From a virus (taxonomy: Duplodnaviria; Caudoviricetes), in IMG/VR virus record IMGVR_UViG_641736227_000002: a stretch of 64,000 nt of DNA; one strand, written 5' to 3'. The notes under the pieces are model-generated. The model did not search any database, was not told where the DNA came from, and saw only the letters and a program-made list of their open reading frames with translations. Both the position numbers and the translations under genes were made by a program. Shown here piece after piece: positions 1 to 9,434 of this stretch (position 1 is its first letter; each line of letters opens with the position of its first letter).

Positions 1-22
1 TCTTTTCGTTCATATTTAATGA

Positions 23-271
23 TTAGTCAAAATCATAAGGATTGCTATAGCACATCCAATCAAGCGGATACATAACACCATGCTCAGCTTCAAATTCTGC
101 TTGACGCTTGGCTTGACGTTTAGCATCCTGCTTACGAGAGACTTTCTTTGTCATCTTATCATTTGACATTCTGGCCTTGTAAGCTTTGTTGTTTGGATTG
201 TTCTGATTTGCATAATCATCAAGTTGTTGTTTTGTATGTGTCTTTGCAGACACTCCTTTTTTCTTTGCCAT
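23..271 (-). CDS. Small basic hypothetical protein (moron in tail operon)
   Basis: GAAAGGAG RBS before ATG at 271 (MAKKKGVSAK...); own sigma-A promoter upstream. Confidence 0.75.
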   Translation of the reverse strand: MAKKKGVSAKTHTKQQLDDYANQNNPNNKAYKARMSNDKMTKKVSRKQDAKRQAKRQAEFEAEHGVMYPLDWMCYSNPYDFD

Positions 272-435
272 GAACGTTTCTCCTTTCTCCTTGACTCCTA
301 ATATATGATTACGCACAAGATAGCGGACACTACGTCACCTTCTTAGCTGAATCCTGAAAAGGATTATCTCTGCATTTAATCAAAATGCAAGGTTGGAGAA
401 CAATTTTTACATCTAGTGTAAAAATCTTCGCTAAT

Positions 436-464
436 ATTATATCTCCATAAGCCAAAAAATTCAA
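436..464 (-). promoter_or_regulatory. Sigma-A promoter of moron
   Basis: TTGAAT-17-TATAAT on minus strand. Confidence 0.7.
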
Positions 465-468
465 TGTA

Positions 469-633
469 TTAGAACTTATCAAAATCCTCCTGCGTAGCTA
501 AACTGTCATACTTCACGGAGTCATTTGCTTTCTCCGTCCAAATGTCCATCACCATCCCGATAGTCAGATAATCAAGGTCTGTAATCGAAATGCCAATTTC
601 AAGGCATCTTAGCAGGAACAGGGGAGTTGTCAT
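469..633 (-). CDS. Tail assembly chaperone frameshift extension (gpT-like), 54 aa, not in ORF track
   Basis: MTTPLFLLRCLEIGISITDLDYLTIGMVMDIWTEKANDSVKYDSLATQEDFDKF lies in the -1 frame of the upstream chaperone. Confidence 0.85.
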   Translation of the reverse strand: MTTPLFLLRCLEIGISITDLDYLTIGMVMDIWTEKANDSVKYDSLATQEDFDKF

Positions 634-1004
634 CTCACGGCTTGAGCGTTTAAGTTTTTTTTAGAGTCAATATCAGTAATAAGATTCGTTCCCCACAAAG
701 CAAGAATCTCCGGCAGTACCTCATAAATTGAGAACATCTCAAACTGGTCAAGCCAGTCATCAATATTATCCGGAATGGTATTATCCGCATGATATGCCAT
801 GATATATGCCACATTCTCGAAAATCTCCAAATCGTCAATGGCAAATTCCTCTCCATCATCCTTGCTGCCTTTATATGATTTTTCAAGTTTTGCTAAGTCC
901 TTAAAGATATCTCGTTTAAACTTTGCACGATAAAGACGAGGCACCGTTGCAGAAGAGCGGAAAGCCACATCTTTATCTCCGATTTTAATTACTTTCTTCA
1001 GCAT
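630..1004 (-). CDS. Tail assembly chaperone (gpG-like)
   Basis: Directly after major tail gene; ends in slippery A-run. Confidence 0.8.
   Translation of the reverse strand: MLKKVIKIGDKDVAFRSSATVPRLYRAKFKRDIFKDLAKLEKSYKGSKDDGEEFAIDDLEIFENVAYIMAYHADNTIPDNIDDWLDQFEMFSIYEVLPEILALWGTNLITDIDSKKNLNAQAVR
654..662 (-). other. -1 ribosomal frameshift site (A AAA AAC)
   Basis: TCT AAA AAA AAC; a -1 slip reads ...KLKRSSREMTTPLF into ORF 469-633. Confidence 0.8.
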
Positions 1005-1006
1005 GA

Positions 1007-1594
1007 TTATTTACCTCCGTTTGCAGCTTCAGTTTTTGCTACTGGAACATATACAGACTTGTACCAATCGTTATAGGTTGCATCAGTAGTGGTATCCCCA
1101 GTTCTTGATTTTACAAGACCATCTTCTCTAGGATCTGCCGTAAGAGATAATGTTTCTGTTCCTGGTTCAATCGTATCCTCTTTTGTTTCTGACTCGATAG
1201 AAGGACGAGATGCAGAGCAATTATATAAAACGTGACGGATGCACTTCACATCTCCGTCAAATTCAAATAGCAGTGCAAATTTCTCTGTTTCTGCAATATT
1301 AGAGTTCTCAACAAGAACACCATTCTTATCAAGTTCTTCTTTCAAGATTTCCGTTCTGAACCATTCCGGGATAAGTGCAATTTCCAAATCACCGCTGTAT
1401 CCGTTATTAGATACAGAACGGAAATATACAATGCCATCCGCATAGAACGGAGAAGAATCACCCTCCGCATCCAAACTGATGCTTACAGCACCGGGGATTG
1501 CCTTTGGTGTTTCATACGAATAACTTCCATCTTCACCTTTTGTCAGCTTTGCGGCATGAACATTTTTTAGATTGTATTTTACTTTATTAGCCAT
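1007..1594 (-). CDS. Major tail protein (phi13 family)
   Basis: MANKVKYNLKNVH...FYADG...NNGYSGDLEIA motifs. Confidence 0.9.
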   Translation of the reverse strand: MANKVKYNLKNVHAAKLTKGEDGSYSYETPKAIPGAVSISLDAEGDSSPFYADGIVYFRSVSNNGYSGDLEIALIPEWFRTEILKEELDKNGVLVENSNIAETEKFALLFEFDGDVKCIRHVLYNCSASRPSIESETKEDTIEPGTETLSLTADPREDGLVKSRTGDTTTDATYNDWYKSVYVPVAKTEAANGGK

Positions 1595-1598
1595 AGCT

Positions 1599-1916
1599 TT
1601 ATGCCTCCATTTCAAATGAATATAGGACTTCGTACATCTTTTCACTTTCTATCCACGTTTCTGTGTGGTCATAAAAAATGCCATACTTATCAAGCACGGA
1701 TTCTACTTTACTTTCTACCGACAAGTCCTTGAAATCAGTATAAAGTTCAATATGAATTTCATTTATTTTTTGATACACTCTTCCATCAGCTGAAAAATTA
1801 TCAGAGCCGGGAATGAGGTAACAAATAAACGGTGGATCCGGACTTTCGCCTTCTGCAAAGTGGTCATAGGCAAAAGGAATGTCCATCTCCTTAAGCATCT
1901 GTAATATTTTATTCAT
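1599..1916 (-). CDS. Tail terminator/completion protein
   Basis: Position; PFAYDHF...PPF...NFSADG motif. Confidence 0.75.
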   Translation of the reverse strand: MNKILQMLKEMDIPFAYDHFAEGESPDPPFICYLIPGSDNFSADGRVYQKINEIHIELYTDFKDLSVESKVESVLDKYGIFYDHTETWIESEKMYEVLYSFEMEA

Positions 1917-2296
1917 CAGTGACCTCCCAGTGCTTTCGCTATTTCAGACTCCAGTGTTTCCACGGCAGACTGTTCTGTCTGTGCGATATGGGGTCTTGCC
2001 GCAACTCTGCCTCCGCCACGTTTTGCATGACCATGCTCCAGAAGATGAGCAAGCTGATATCTGTTCTTTGAATGAACTGTTACTTCCAAAGAATTTGATG
2101 TTTCCTTGGTTTTCTTCACACTCCATGACTTCGCATACTTTCCGGTATCAATGGGAGCAGATGCAGCAATTTCTTTTCTGACGGTATTGCCTGCCTTTCT
2201 GACTGCCTTTTTCACATCATCAGAAGCGAGGTCAGCATATTCTTTCAAGCCTTCCATAATCTCATTGGCAAGGTTATCAATCTTTGTATTTGCCAT
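1916..2296 (-). CDS. HK97 gp10-family neck protein
   Basis: APIDTGKY...AHLLEHGH...ARPHI. Confidence 0.88.
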   Translation of the reverse strand: MANTKIDNLANEIMEGLKEYADLASDDVKKAVRKAGNTVRKEIAASAPIDTGKYAKSWSVKKTKETSNSLEVTVHSKNRYQLAHLLEHGHAKRGGGRVAARPHIAQTEQSAVETLESEIAKALGGH

Positions 2297-2631
2297 TACT
2301 TCTGCCTCTCTTTCTCGCACTTGAATTTCAGAGATTTCCTCTTAAAATTCATATGGTCAATTGATACGATGTTATAGACATTACTGTCAAAGATGATTCT
2401 GCATTTGGTGGAATCGACATCAGACAGCTTTTTGCAGTATCTGACCGTAAAGGAAATATCCGAATCATCTACAATAAGTCCTGCAACTGCTTTTTCTGAA
2501 CCACCCTCACCGCTAACTGTAGCAAAGCAAGAATAAAAGTCAGTCCATACATTCTTGTGATTGCCGATGGAATCAGTAATGACTTCACTTTTCTGTATTG
2601 TGATTTTTACATTTAGAAGTGCTATATCCAT
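2296..2631 (-). CDS. Head closure / head-tail adaptor
   Basis: Position; DSIGN..VW, FTVRY, YNIVSID motifs. Confidence 0.85.
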   Translation of the reverse strand: MDIALLNVKITIQKSEVITDSIGNHKNVWTDFYSCFATVSGEGGSEKAVAGLIVDDSDISFTVRYCKKLSDVDSTKCRIIFDSNVYNIVSIDHMNFKRKSLKFKCEKERQK

Positions 2632-2915
2632 CAGAACACGCTCCTTCTTACACCCTCAAGCAGTGAGCGAAGGGAGATTGTAAGCTGATGGTGGTCTGCA
2701 TCTTCTCGATGTTCATATAAATAAGCAACAGCATACATAACTGCAATCTTTGACGATGGTATCTCGGATAATTCTTCCACTGATAATCTGGCAATATCTG
2801 CACAGAGATTTTCACCTGTTACAATAAAATGTCCAATCAACTCATCATCGTCATCAAAGTCAACTCGAAGATATCCCTTCATCTCATCAATTCCTACAAT
2901 CAATTCAATCACCAC
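2631..2915 (-). CDS. Head-tail connector (gp6-like)
   Basis: KGYLRVDFDDDDELI...YLYEHRE. Confidence 0.9.
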   Translation of the reverse strand: MVIELIVGIDEMKGYLRVDFDDDDELIGHFIVTGENLCADIARLSVEELSEIPSSKIAVMYAVAYLYEHREDADHHQLTISLRSLLEGVRRSVF

Positions 2916-2974
2916 CTCTAATTACATCCAAGGCAGTACCGTTCTATAAACAGCACTGCCTTGATTTATTTACG

Positions 2975-4165
2975 TTACGCTCCTGCCTTAGAAGCAGCCT
3001 TTCCGGTTACTTTAAGAATCTGAACAGCCTCCGGAAGGATAAGCTTACCATCGACTCTTTCCTTTGCTACAAAACCAATCATGCCATTTCCGGCAAAAAG
3101 TTCTGTAAGCTGTTTGAAAGAACGAGTACCTCTGTCACCGATGTTGTAATATTGATAATCACCAAAAGCGATACCATCGACAGGGCAGAACGGAGATGTA
3201 TAAACGGCATAGCCAAGAAGTCTGTCCGGCTCTCCCTGTGTAAGTGCAGGTTGCCACATAAATGCACCATTGTTGTCCTTAAGAGTACGAATGGATGCAA
3301 CTGTCTGATCGTTCATTATGAAAGATGCATTTTTTCTATATGGGCGTTTCAACGAATACACGAGACTGATGATATCTTCCGCCTTGAGTGTTGTCGTACT
3401 TCCTGCTACAGTACCACCGCCCTTATCAGCGAAAAGTCCAAGCGGTTGACCGACACCACTACCATTAAGGAATGCATCTTCTTCGGCATTTGCAAGTGCC
3501 TTACCGAACTGAGTGATAATGTAATTTTCAAGACCGAATGCATTATCATATAACAACTCTTCTGTTACTTTGATGGCAACATGGAGTTTGTGAGCATCGA
3601 GCAAAATCTGATCAAATGTTGCCTCGCCAAACTGCAATGCGCCGCCTTCTTCGATCCATGCAGCTGCAGGCTTTGTAGCTGCAATGTTGATCTTGTGTTC
3701 ACCGGAAGTTGTAATCTTATGACCAAGTTTTCTCATAATGTTTTCTTCATCAAGTACATCAATCAATCTATTGTCATATTCTTCCGGTACTAAATATCCG
3801 CCGTCAGCATCTACGCCTTCCTGCAAAATATTTGTAATCTGCTTGAAGTTGGAACGAAGTGCCTTAAGCATTCCTTCCTTATACTCATCAGATGCACGTC
3901 CTGTTCTTACATCTTTTGGTTTATCAGTTGCCGGCTTTGTAACGATTGGAGTATTGATAGGCTTACGCATCTCGTTTTCGAGCGCATCCATCTGCTCCAT
4001 TCTTTCGATTTCAAGGCTGTAATCCTTGACCTTCTTTTCCATTTCGGCATAGGTCTTTGCATCTTCTTCAGAAAGCAATCCGTCTTTATCACGCTTGCTT
4101 TCTACAAATGCTTTAGCACCTTCCCATGCCTTGTTTCTTGCTTCTCTTAATTCCTGAATAGTCAT
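2975..4165 (-). CDS. Major capsid protein, HK97 family
   Basis: Coiled-coil delta domain; DGGYLVPEE, GQPLG, IAFGD, ERVDGK. Confidence 0.95.
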   Translation of the reverse strand: MTIQELREARNKAWEGAKAFVESKRDKDGLLSEEDAKTYAEMEKKVKDYSLEIERMEQMDALENEMRKPINTPIVTKPATDKPKDVRTGRASDEYKEGMLKALRSNFKQITNILQEGVDADGGYLVPEEYDNRLIDVLDEENIMRKLGHKITTSGEHKINIAATKPAAAWIEEGGALQFGEATFDQILLDAHKLHVAIKVTEELLYDNAFGLENYIITQFGKALANAEEDAFLNGSGVGQPLGLFADKGGGTVAGSTTTLKAEDIISLVYSLKRPYRKNASFIMNDQTVASIRTLKDNNGAFMWQPALTQGEPDRLLGYAVYTSPFCPVDGIAFGDYQYYNIGDRGTRSFKQLTELFAGNGMIGFVAKERVDGKLILPEAVQILKVTGKAASKAGA

Positions 4166-4172
4166 AGTATAA

Positions 4173-4904
4173 TTACCTCCAATTTTTCATTAAATTTAGG
4201 CGATCCATAAGTGAATCGGCTTTTGTTTTTGTTTCTTCTGCTTTTGGTTCAATCCTGCATTTCTTTGCAATCTTGCTCATAAGTGAGTTCGTAACTGCAA
4301 CCTGCGAATAAACCATGTTGACCTGTGGAATTTCGATTTCATCTGTCACACTTCTCTGTAAGATTTCATCTGCAAATCCCATCTCAACGGCACTGTTGGC
4401 ATCCATCCAGGTTTCTGCATCCATAAGGTGAGAAATCTTGGCTCTGCTCATGCCGGTCTTAATTTCATAGGCATTGACAATTGACTCTTTTACTTCATCC
4501 AGCATTTCAATTGCCTTTTGCATTACCGCTGTATTTCCATAAATTCCTGCTGATGGATTATGGATCATCAGCATTGAAACAGGGGATACACAAACCTTTG
4601 TACCTGCCATAGCAATAACAGAGGCTGCACTTGCTGCAATGCCGTCAATCTTAACTATGACATTTCCTTTGTATTCCATCAGCATGTTGTAAATTTGTGC
4701 TGCCGCAATACAGTCACCGCCCGGAGAGTTGATCCAAACCGTGATATCACCACTTCCTGCATTCAGTTCATCTCTGAATAGCTGAGGTGTCACATCATCA
4801 TCAAACCAGCTTTCCTCTGCGATTGTCCCGTTGAGAAACAACGTCCTCTCCGTTGTCTGTTCCTTCTGATTCGTCTGGTTCTTCCACTTCCAGAACTTCT
4901 TCAT
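4173..4904 (-). CDS. ClpP-like prohead protease
   Basis: INSPGGD, GIAASAASVIAMAG, MIHNP, ETWM; start MKKFWKW with RBS. Confidence 0.93.
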   Translation of the reverse strand: MKKFWKWKNQTNQKEQTTERTLFLNGTIAEESWFDDDVTPQLFRDELNAGSGDITVWINSPGGDCIAAAQIYNMLMEYKGNVIVKIDGIAASAASVIAMAGTKVCVSPVSMLMIHNPSAGIYGNTAVMQKAIEMLDEVKESIVNAYEIKTGMSRAKISHLMDAETWMDANSAVEMGFADEILQRSVTDEIEIPQVNMVYSQVAVTNSLMSKIAKKCRIEPKAEETKTKADSLMDRLNLMKNWR

Positions 4905-6147
4905 CTGATTGCTCCTTTCCGCCTTTTGCAAAGATTCCCGCATCGGCAAGTTTTGTCATGTTTCCATTGATGAGGTATAAATTTCCACCCTCCTCGACCG
5001 GAATCAAGTCGAGGTTTTCAAGTTCACGGATATCATTTGCTGACATCCAGCCATTCTGTCTTGCAGTGGCATATCCGCTCATACGGCTCTGATAATCACC
5101 ACGAAGAAGTCCGTCCACATTGAACTTGACAAAGTATGTGGATTTTTCATTTGGTGAGAGAAGTGCTCGGTTGATGCTCTGCTCCCATCTCATCAGCCAC
5201 GGCTCAAGCGTGTATTTCACAAACTCCAGTGACTGCTGCTCAATATTAGAAAAGCTCGACTTTTCAAGGTCACCTACCATATGGGGAGGAATCCTAAAAA
5301 TTCGAGCTATCTCATCAATCTGAAATTTTCTTGTTTCTAAAAACTGTGCTTCATTTGGAGAAATGGAAATCGGAGTATATTTCATTCCTTCCTCCAAGAT
5401 GGCAACCTTGTGAGAATTTCTTCCGCTGAACCCCTTATTCCAACTTTCCCTTACTCTGTCCGGGTCTTTTACTGTTCCAGGATACTCTAAGATTCCTCCG
5501 GGTGTTGCACCATTAGCAAAGAACTTAGCACCATATTCTTCTGTGGCAATGGAAAGTCCAATCGCATTCTTAGCCATTGCAATTGGTGAATATCCAACAA
5601 GACCATCAAATCCAAGACCGGGAATATGAAGTACATCTTCCTTTTTAAGATTAACCGTTCCTTCTTTCATAGTCGGCGCATCTGAATCGGATACTAGGTA
5701 CTGATAATAAATCTGACCTTTATCATCTCGATCCACCGTCATTCTATTTGGCATGAGCGGATATAAACCGATAACTTCACCTTTGCCGTTACGAATAATT
5801 TGTGAGTAGGCATTTCCATAAAGGAGAAGATGTGTCATCATCGTTTCTCTGAATACAAATGATGTCATCTCCGGATTTGGCTCATCATGAAGTAAAAAAT
5901 ACAACGGATGTTTGATTGCCTTTTCCTTACTACCTGTTTCTGTGTAGTGATAAAGGTGTAACGGAAGTCCTGCGATTGCCTCGGATAAAATTCTCACGCA
6001 GGCATATACTGCTGTCATCTGCATTGCAGATTGTTCGGTCACACGATTGCCGGAGGTTGTTCCACCGAATAAGAATCGATAATTGCTGCCATTTGTACTG
6101 TCCTTCGGCTTATCCCTTGAATGAAATAATCCGCTTAAAATACCCAT
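4801..6147 (-). CDS. Portal protein, HK97 family
   Basis: AVYACVRILSE, LLYGNAY, GYSPI, IARIFRIPP. Confidence 0.95.
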   Translation of the reverse strand: MGILSGLFHSRDKPKDSTNGSNYRFLFGGTTSGNRVTEQSAMQMTAVYACVRILSEAIAGLPLHLYHYTETGSKEKAIKHPLYFLLHDEPNPEMTSFVFRETMMTHLLLYGNAYSQIIRNGKGEVIGLYPLMPNRMTVDRDDKGQIYYQYLVSDSDAPTMKEGTVNLKKEDVLHIPGLGFDGLVGYSPIAMAKNAIGLSIATEEYGAKFFANGATPGGILEYPGTVKDPDRVRESWNKGFSGRNSHKVAILEEGMKYTPISISPNEAQFLETRKFQIDEIARIFRIPPHMVGDLEKSSFSNIEQQSLEFVKYTLEPWLMRWEQSINRALLSPNEKSTYFVKFNVDGLLRGDYQSRMSGYATARQNGWMSANDIRELENLDLIPVEEGGNLYLINGNMTKLADAGIFAKGGKEQSDEEVLEVEEPDESEGTDNGEDVVSQRDNRRGKLV

Positions 6148-6165
6148 ATCTGCTCACGCTCCTTC

Positions 6166-7767
6166 TTAAATAAAAAGAATGCCTCGGTTATCGTATACAG
6201 ATTCCGTATTGACATTCCCATTTCTGATTGCTCTATCCAGTGCCATAATCGTTGCAATAGCACCGTCTATCTTTTCTGTTGATTTTTCTTTATCTGCCTT
6301 GATGTTTCCGGCAGGGTCTGTCCGTATAAAGATGTTATCCATATTCCATCTAAGTACAGGATGTCCGCCATGTGCGATTTTTTCTTCAAGCACTAACTTC
6401 ATCAGTTCTTTGGTCGGCGGACTCATATCTTTAAATCCCTGTCCGAACGGAACAACTGTAAATCCCATGCCTTCAAGGTTCTGTACCATTTGAACAGCAC
6501 CCCAACGGTCAAAAGCAATCTCTCGGATATTAAATCGTTCACCTAACGATTCAATGAACTGCTCAATATACCCATAATGAACTACATTTCCCTCTGTAGT
6601 TTGCAGATAGCCTTTTCTCTCCCACAAATCATACGGCACATGATCTCGTCTGACTCTTAGGTCAAGCGTATCTTCCGGCACCCAAAAGTAAGGCAAAATG
6701 ATGTACTTATCTTCTTCATTCGTAGGCGGGAATACCAATACAAATGCCGTGATATCGGTTGTAGATGATAGGTCAAGACCACCATAGCAGACACGACCTT
6801 CCAGTTCATCTTCATCAACCTTAAAATCACAAGCATCCCACTTTTCCATTGGCATCCATCGTACCGATTGTTTCACCCACTGATTCAATCTCAGCTGTCT
6901 AAAAGAGTTCTCCTCTCCCGGATTCTGCCTTGCTGAATCACATGCCGCCTGAACCTTATCAATTCCTACTGTAATGCCAAGTGATGGATTGGCTTTTTCC
7001 CAAACTTTTGGATCCGTCCAATCTTCCGATTCATCTGCTCCATATATGACAGAATAAAAGGTAGGGTCAATCTTTCGCCCTGCCTGTATATCCAGTGCCT
7101 TTTGATGAATTTCGTAACAGATAGAATTTGTATCATTTCCAGCTGTAGTAATCAGAAAATACAGTGGCTGCATTCTGGCATCACCACTACCTTGTGTCAT
7201 AACATCATACAGTTTTCTGTTTGGCTGCGTATGAAGTTCATCAAAGATAACACCGTGTGTGTTAAATCCATGCTTATTGGCCACATCGGCAGAAAGCACT
7301 TGATAAGAACTATTGGTTGGCTTAAAAATAATCTTTTTCTGTGATTCAAGGATTTTCACCCTCTTCATCAGTGCAGGGGAGAATTTAACCATATCAACCG
7401 CCACATCAAATACAATCTTTGCTTGGTTTCTGTCTGCTGCACATCCGTAAACCTCTGCTCTTTCTTCTCCGTCACCACAGAGAAGAAGCAGTGCTACGGC
7501 AGCTGCAAGCTCACTCTTACCTTGTTTCTTAGGTATTTCAATATAGGCTGTATTAAACTGACGATATCCGTTTGGCTTAAGTACCCCAAACAAATCTCTT
7601 ATAATCTGCTCTTGCCAATCAATCAGTTCAAACTTCTTTCCCGCCCATGTTCCTTTGGTATGACAAAGCTGTTCAATAAAGCTGACAGCATAATCTGCCA
7701 TTGTTTCATCATAGTGGGAGATCTTTGCCATGAACTCTGTCGGTTTGTAATTCTTTAGTTTTCGCAA
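6166..7767 (-). CDS. Terminase large subunit
   Basis: IPKKQGKS Walker A, IFDELH Walker B, GGLDLS nuclease, KIDG. Confidence 0.96.
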   Translation of the reverse strand: MRKLKNYKPTEFMAKISHYDETMADYAVSFIEQLCHTKGTWAGKKFELIDWQEQIIRDLFGVLKPNGYRQFNTAYIEIPKKQGKSELAAAVALLLLCGDGEERAEVYGCAADRNQAKIVFDVAVDMVKFSPALMKRVKILESQKKIIFKPTNSSYQVLSADVANKHGFNTHGVIFDELHTQPNRKLYDVMTQGSGDARMQPLYFLITTAGNDTNSICYEIHQKALDIQAGRKIDPTFYSVIYGADESEDWTDPKVWEKANPSLGITVGIDKVQAACDSARQNPGEENSFRQLRLNQWVKQSVRWMPMEKWDACDFKVDEDELEGRVCYGGLDLSSTTDITAFVLVFPPTNEEDKYIILPYFWVPEDTLDLRVRRDHVPYDLWERKGYLQTTEGNVVHYGYIEQFIESLGERFNIREIAFDRWGAVQMVQNLEGMGFTVVPFGQGFKDMSPPTKELMKLVLEEKIAHGGHPVLRWNMDNIFIRTDPAGNIKADKEKSTEKIDGAIATIMALDRAIRNGNVNTESVYDNRGILFI

Positions 7768-7883
7768 TCACACCACCTCCGTAAATAAAAATAGCCACCA
7801 TCATTGGTGACAACAATAAATATTCCTATACGAGATACAGAAGCCTTTCAGCTTCCGTTCCCGATAACATTTCGTTATTCACT

Positions 7884-8126
7884 TTAATTAAAATCGTTCA
7901 GCAAAATGCAAAGGGCAAGTTCTGCTTCTTCGCAGGTCGGCTTGATATCCCATCCTCTGTCGTAGTTGGCAATCCACACGCCATCCATCTTAAGGCTGAG
8001 TTTTGAAATCTTGCCACCGTTGATGCCGTAGTCTTCGCTAGGCTCTTCAAAATGTTTCACCCAGTATTTGACGCTCTTGTATCCGCCGTCCTTCTTAGGA
8101 ATTCCGATTGTTCCTTCTTTCCACAT
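7884..8126 (-). CDS. Conserved phage hypothetical protein
   Basis: RBS and own promoter; YGINGGKISKL...NYDRGWD. Confidence 0.75.
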   Translation of the reverse strand: MWKEGTIGIPKKDGGYKSVKYWVKHFEEPSEDYGINGGKISKLSLKMDGVWIANYDRGWDIKPTCEEAELALCILLNDFN

Positions 8127-8247
8127 ATTCGTGTACCTCCTTGCTTTCTTTCCTTTTGGTAGTACTATATATCACTCTAAAAGCACATAATAGCAAGTCA
8201 ATTACTGGCATATATGTAACAATTATTTCAGAAAAAATCTGTGTATT

Positions 8248-8424
8248 TTAGTCATCACCGTAAAGGATAAAATGGACATAATCCGCACGATTATCTTCCA
8301 GAAATACCACAAGTTCATAGAAACCATATTCATTCGCAAGTCTCTGCACCATAGGAACATCAAACATATTGGTAAGGCCGGTGGATCTGATATATAAAAT
8401 CTGTTCTTTTATCTTCTTATCCAT
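8248..8424 (-). CDS. DUF5049-like small protein
   Basis: IKEQIL.IR.TGLTNMFD..VQR. Confidence 0.75.
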   Translation of the reverse strand: MDKKIKEQILYIRSTGLTNMFDVPMVQRLANEYGFYELVVFLEDNRADYVHFILYGDD

Positions 8425-8428
8425 AGGC

Positions 8429-8653
8429 TTATTCCTCAATCCTTCTGCATCTGTCTTCTCCATAAACCACATTCAAGCCGGAACCGTTATCCCAAGCGAC
8501 CATAATGCTTGCTGTATCATCAACACCAATAACTGTTCCTTTTGTTCCAATCGGTGGTGCCTGCACATCATCCATATGGGTAAGTTCTACTCGGCAACCG
8601 ACCGGATATTCTTGAAGTACCTTTGCCACAATCTCTTTACTCGGAAATCTCAT
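8429..8653 (-). CDS. DUF4314-like protein
   Basis: YPVGCRVEL..MDD.QAPPIGTKGTV..VDD...WDNGSGL. Confidence 0.8.
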   Translation of the reverse strand: MRFPSKEIVAKVLQEYPVGCRVELTHMDDVQAPPIGTKGTVIGVDDTASIMVAWDNGSGLNVVYGEDRCRRIEE

Positions 8654-9335
8654 CGCCTGCTGCCTCCTTCTTTGCACCATTTTTAAATGCGGATGAGCCT
8701 TCAAGGTTCTGCAACAGAATCTTTCTATCCAACTTGTACTCCGCTCCAATAAATCCAAGTCTTAAAAGGAAACATCTGAATGCGTATTTTTCATTATCGG
8801 CTTTCTTTTCCGTGGCATTGATTCTCTTCTGTTCCTTGCTCATTTTACAAAGTGCAGAAATGAAATCGGTGTAGGCTTTTGCAGTATCGCAGTCTGGCAG
8901 AGTTTCAAACCAAGGAAATGAAATTGTTTCTTCTGTAATTTCGATAGGAGTATCTTTGATGCCAAGTGCCTTTTTAATGAGATCACCTTTTGCATCCAGA
9001 AGGTTTGTAAGGTTACCGACTCCAACATGCTCAATTGGAATCGCCACCGTAAGCCCCACATCTTCGCCCTGTGGCGTTTCTTCCTGCTCTTCAGATACTT
9101 CATTATCCTCTGCGGCAAAGCCTCTGTCGGCAAGTTTCTGCAAAAGATCTTTGATATCCTTTGGAAAAACGTTCTCGTCAAACTCTAATGCTCCGGTCTT
9201 ATCAACGATAAGACCTCCAAAGTCATATGCCGCAGTTGGCATTCCCATGTACTTTGCCTTTGTTCCAAGAATTTCAGAAATGGTTGTAACTAGCACTTTC
9301 CTTTCTGCACCTGTTCTGTTAAATTCTACTCTCAT
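8637..9335 (-). CDS. Phage 'virulence-related' hypothetical protein
   Basis: YMGMPTAAY N-terminus; NEKYAFRCFLLRLGFIG C-terminus. Confidence 0.75.
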   Translation of the reverse strand: MRVEFNRTGAERKVLVTTISEILGTKAKYMGMPTAAYDFGGLIVDKTGALEFDENVFPKDIKDLLQKLADRGFAAEDNEVSEEQEETPQGEDVGLTVAIPIEHVGVGNLTNLLDAKGDLIKKALGIKDTPIEITEETISFPWFETLPDCDTAKAYTDFISALCKMSKEQKRINATEKKADNEKYAFRCFLLRLGFIGAEYKLDRKILLQNLEGSSAFKNGAKKEAAGDEISE

Positions 9336-9434
9336 GCTGAGTACCTCCTTTATTTTTCGGTACTGTATTAATCACTCTAAACCACATATATATCAAGCGA
9401 TATCTGTGAATATCGAAGTAGAATATTGACCGAT

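Noticed and set aside
4801-4904. Portal/protease overlap as a sequencing frameshift
   Set aside because: Both ORFs are complete, and the protease has its own RBS and start
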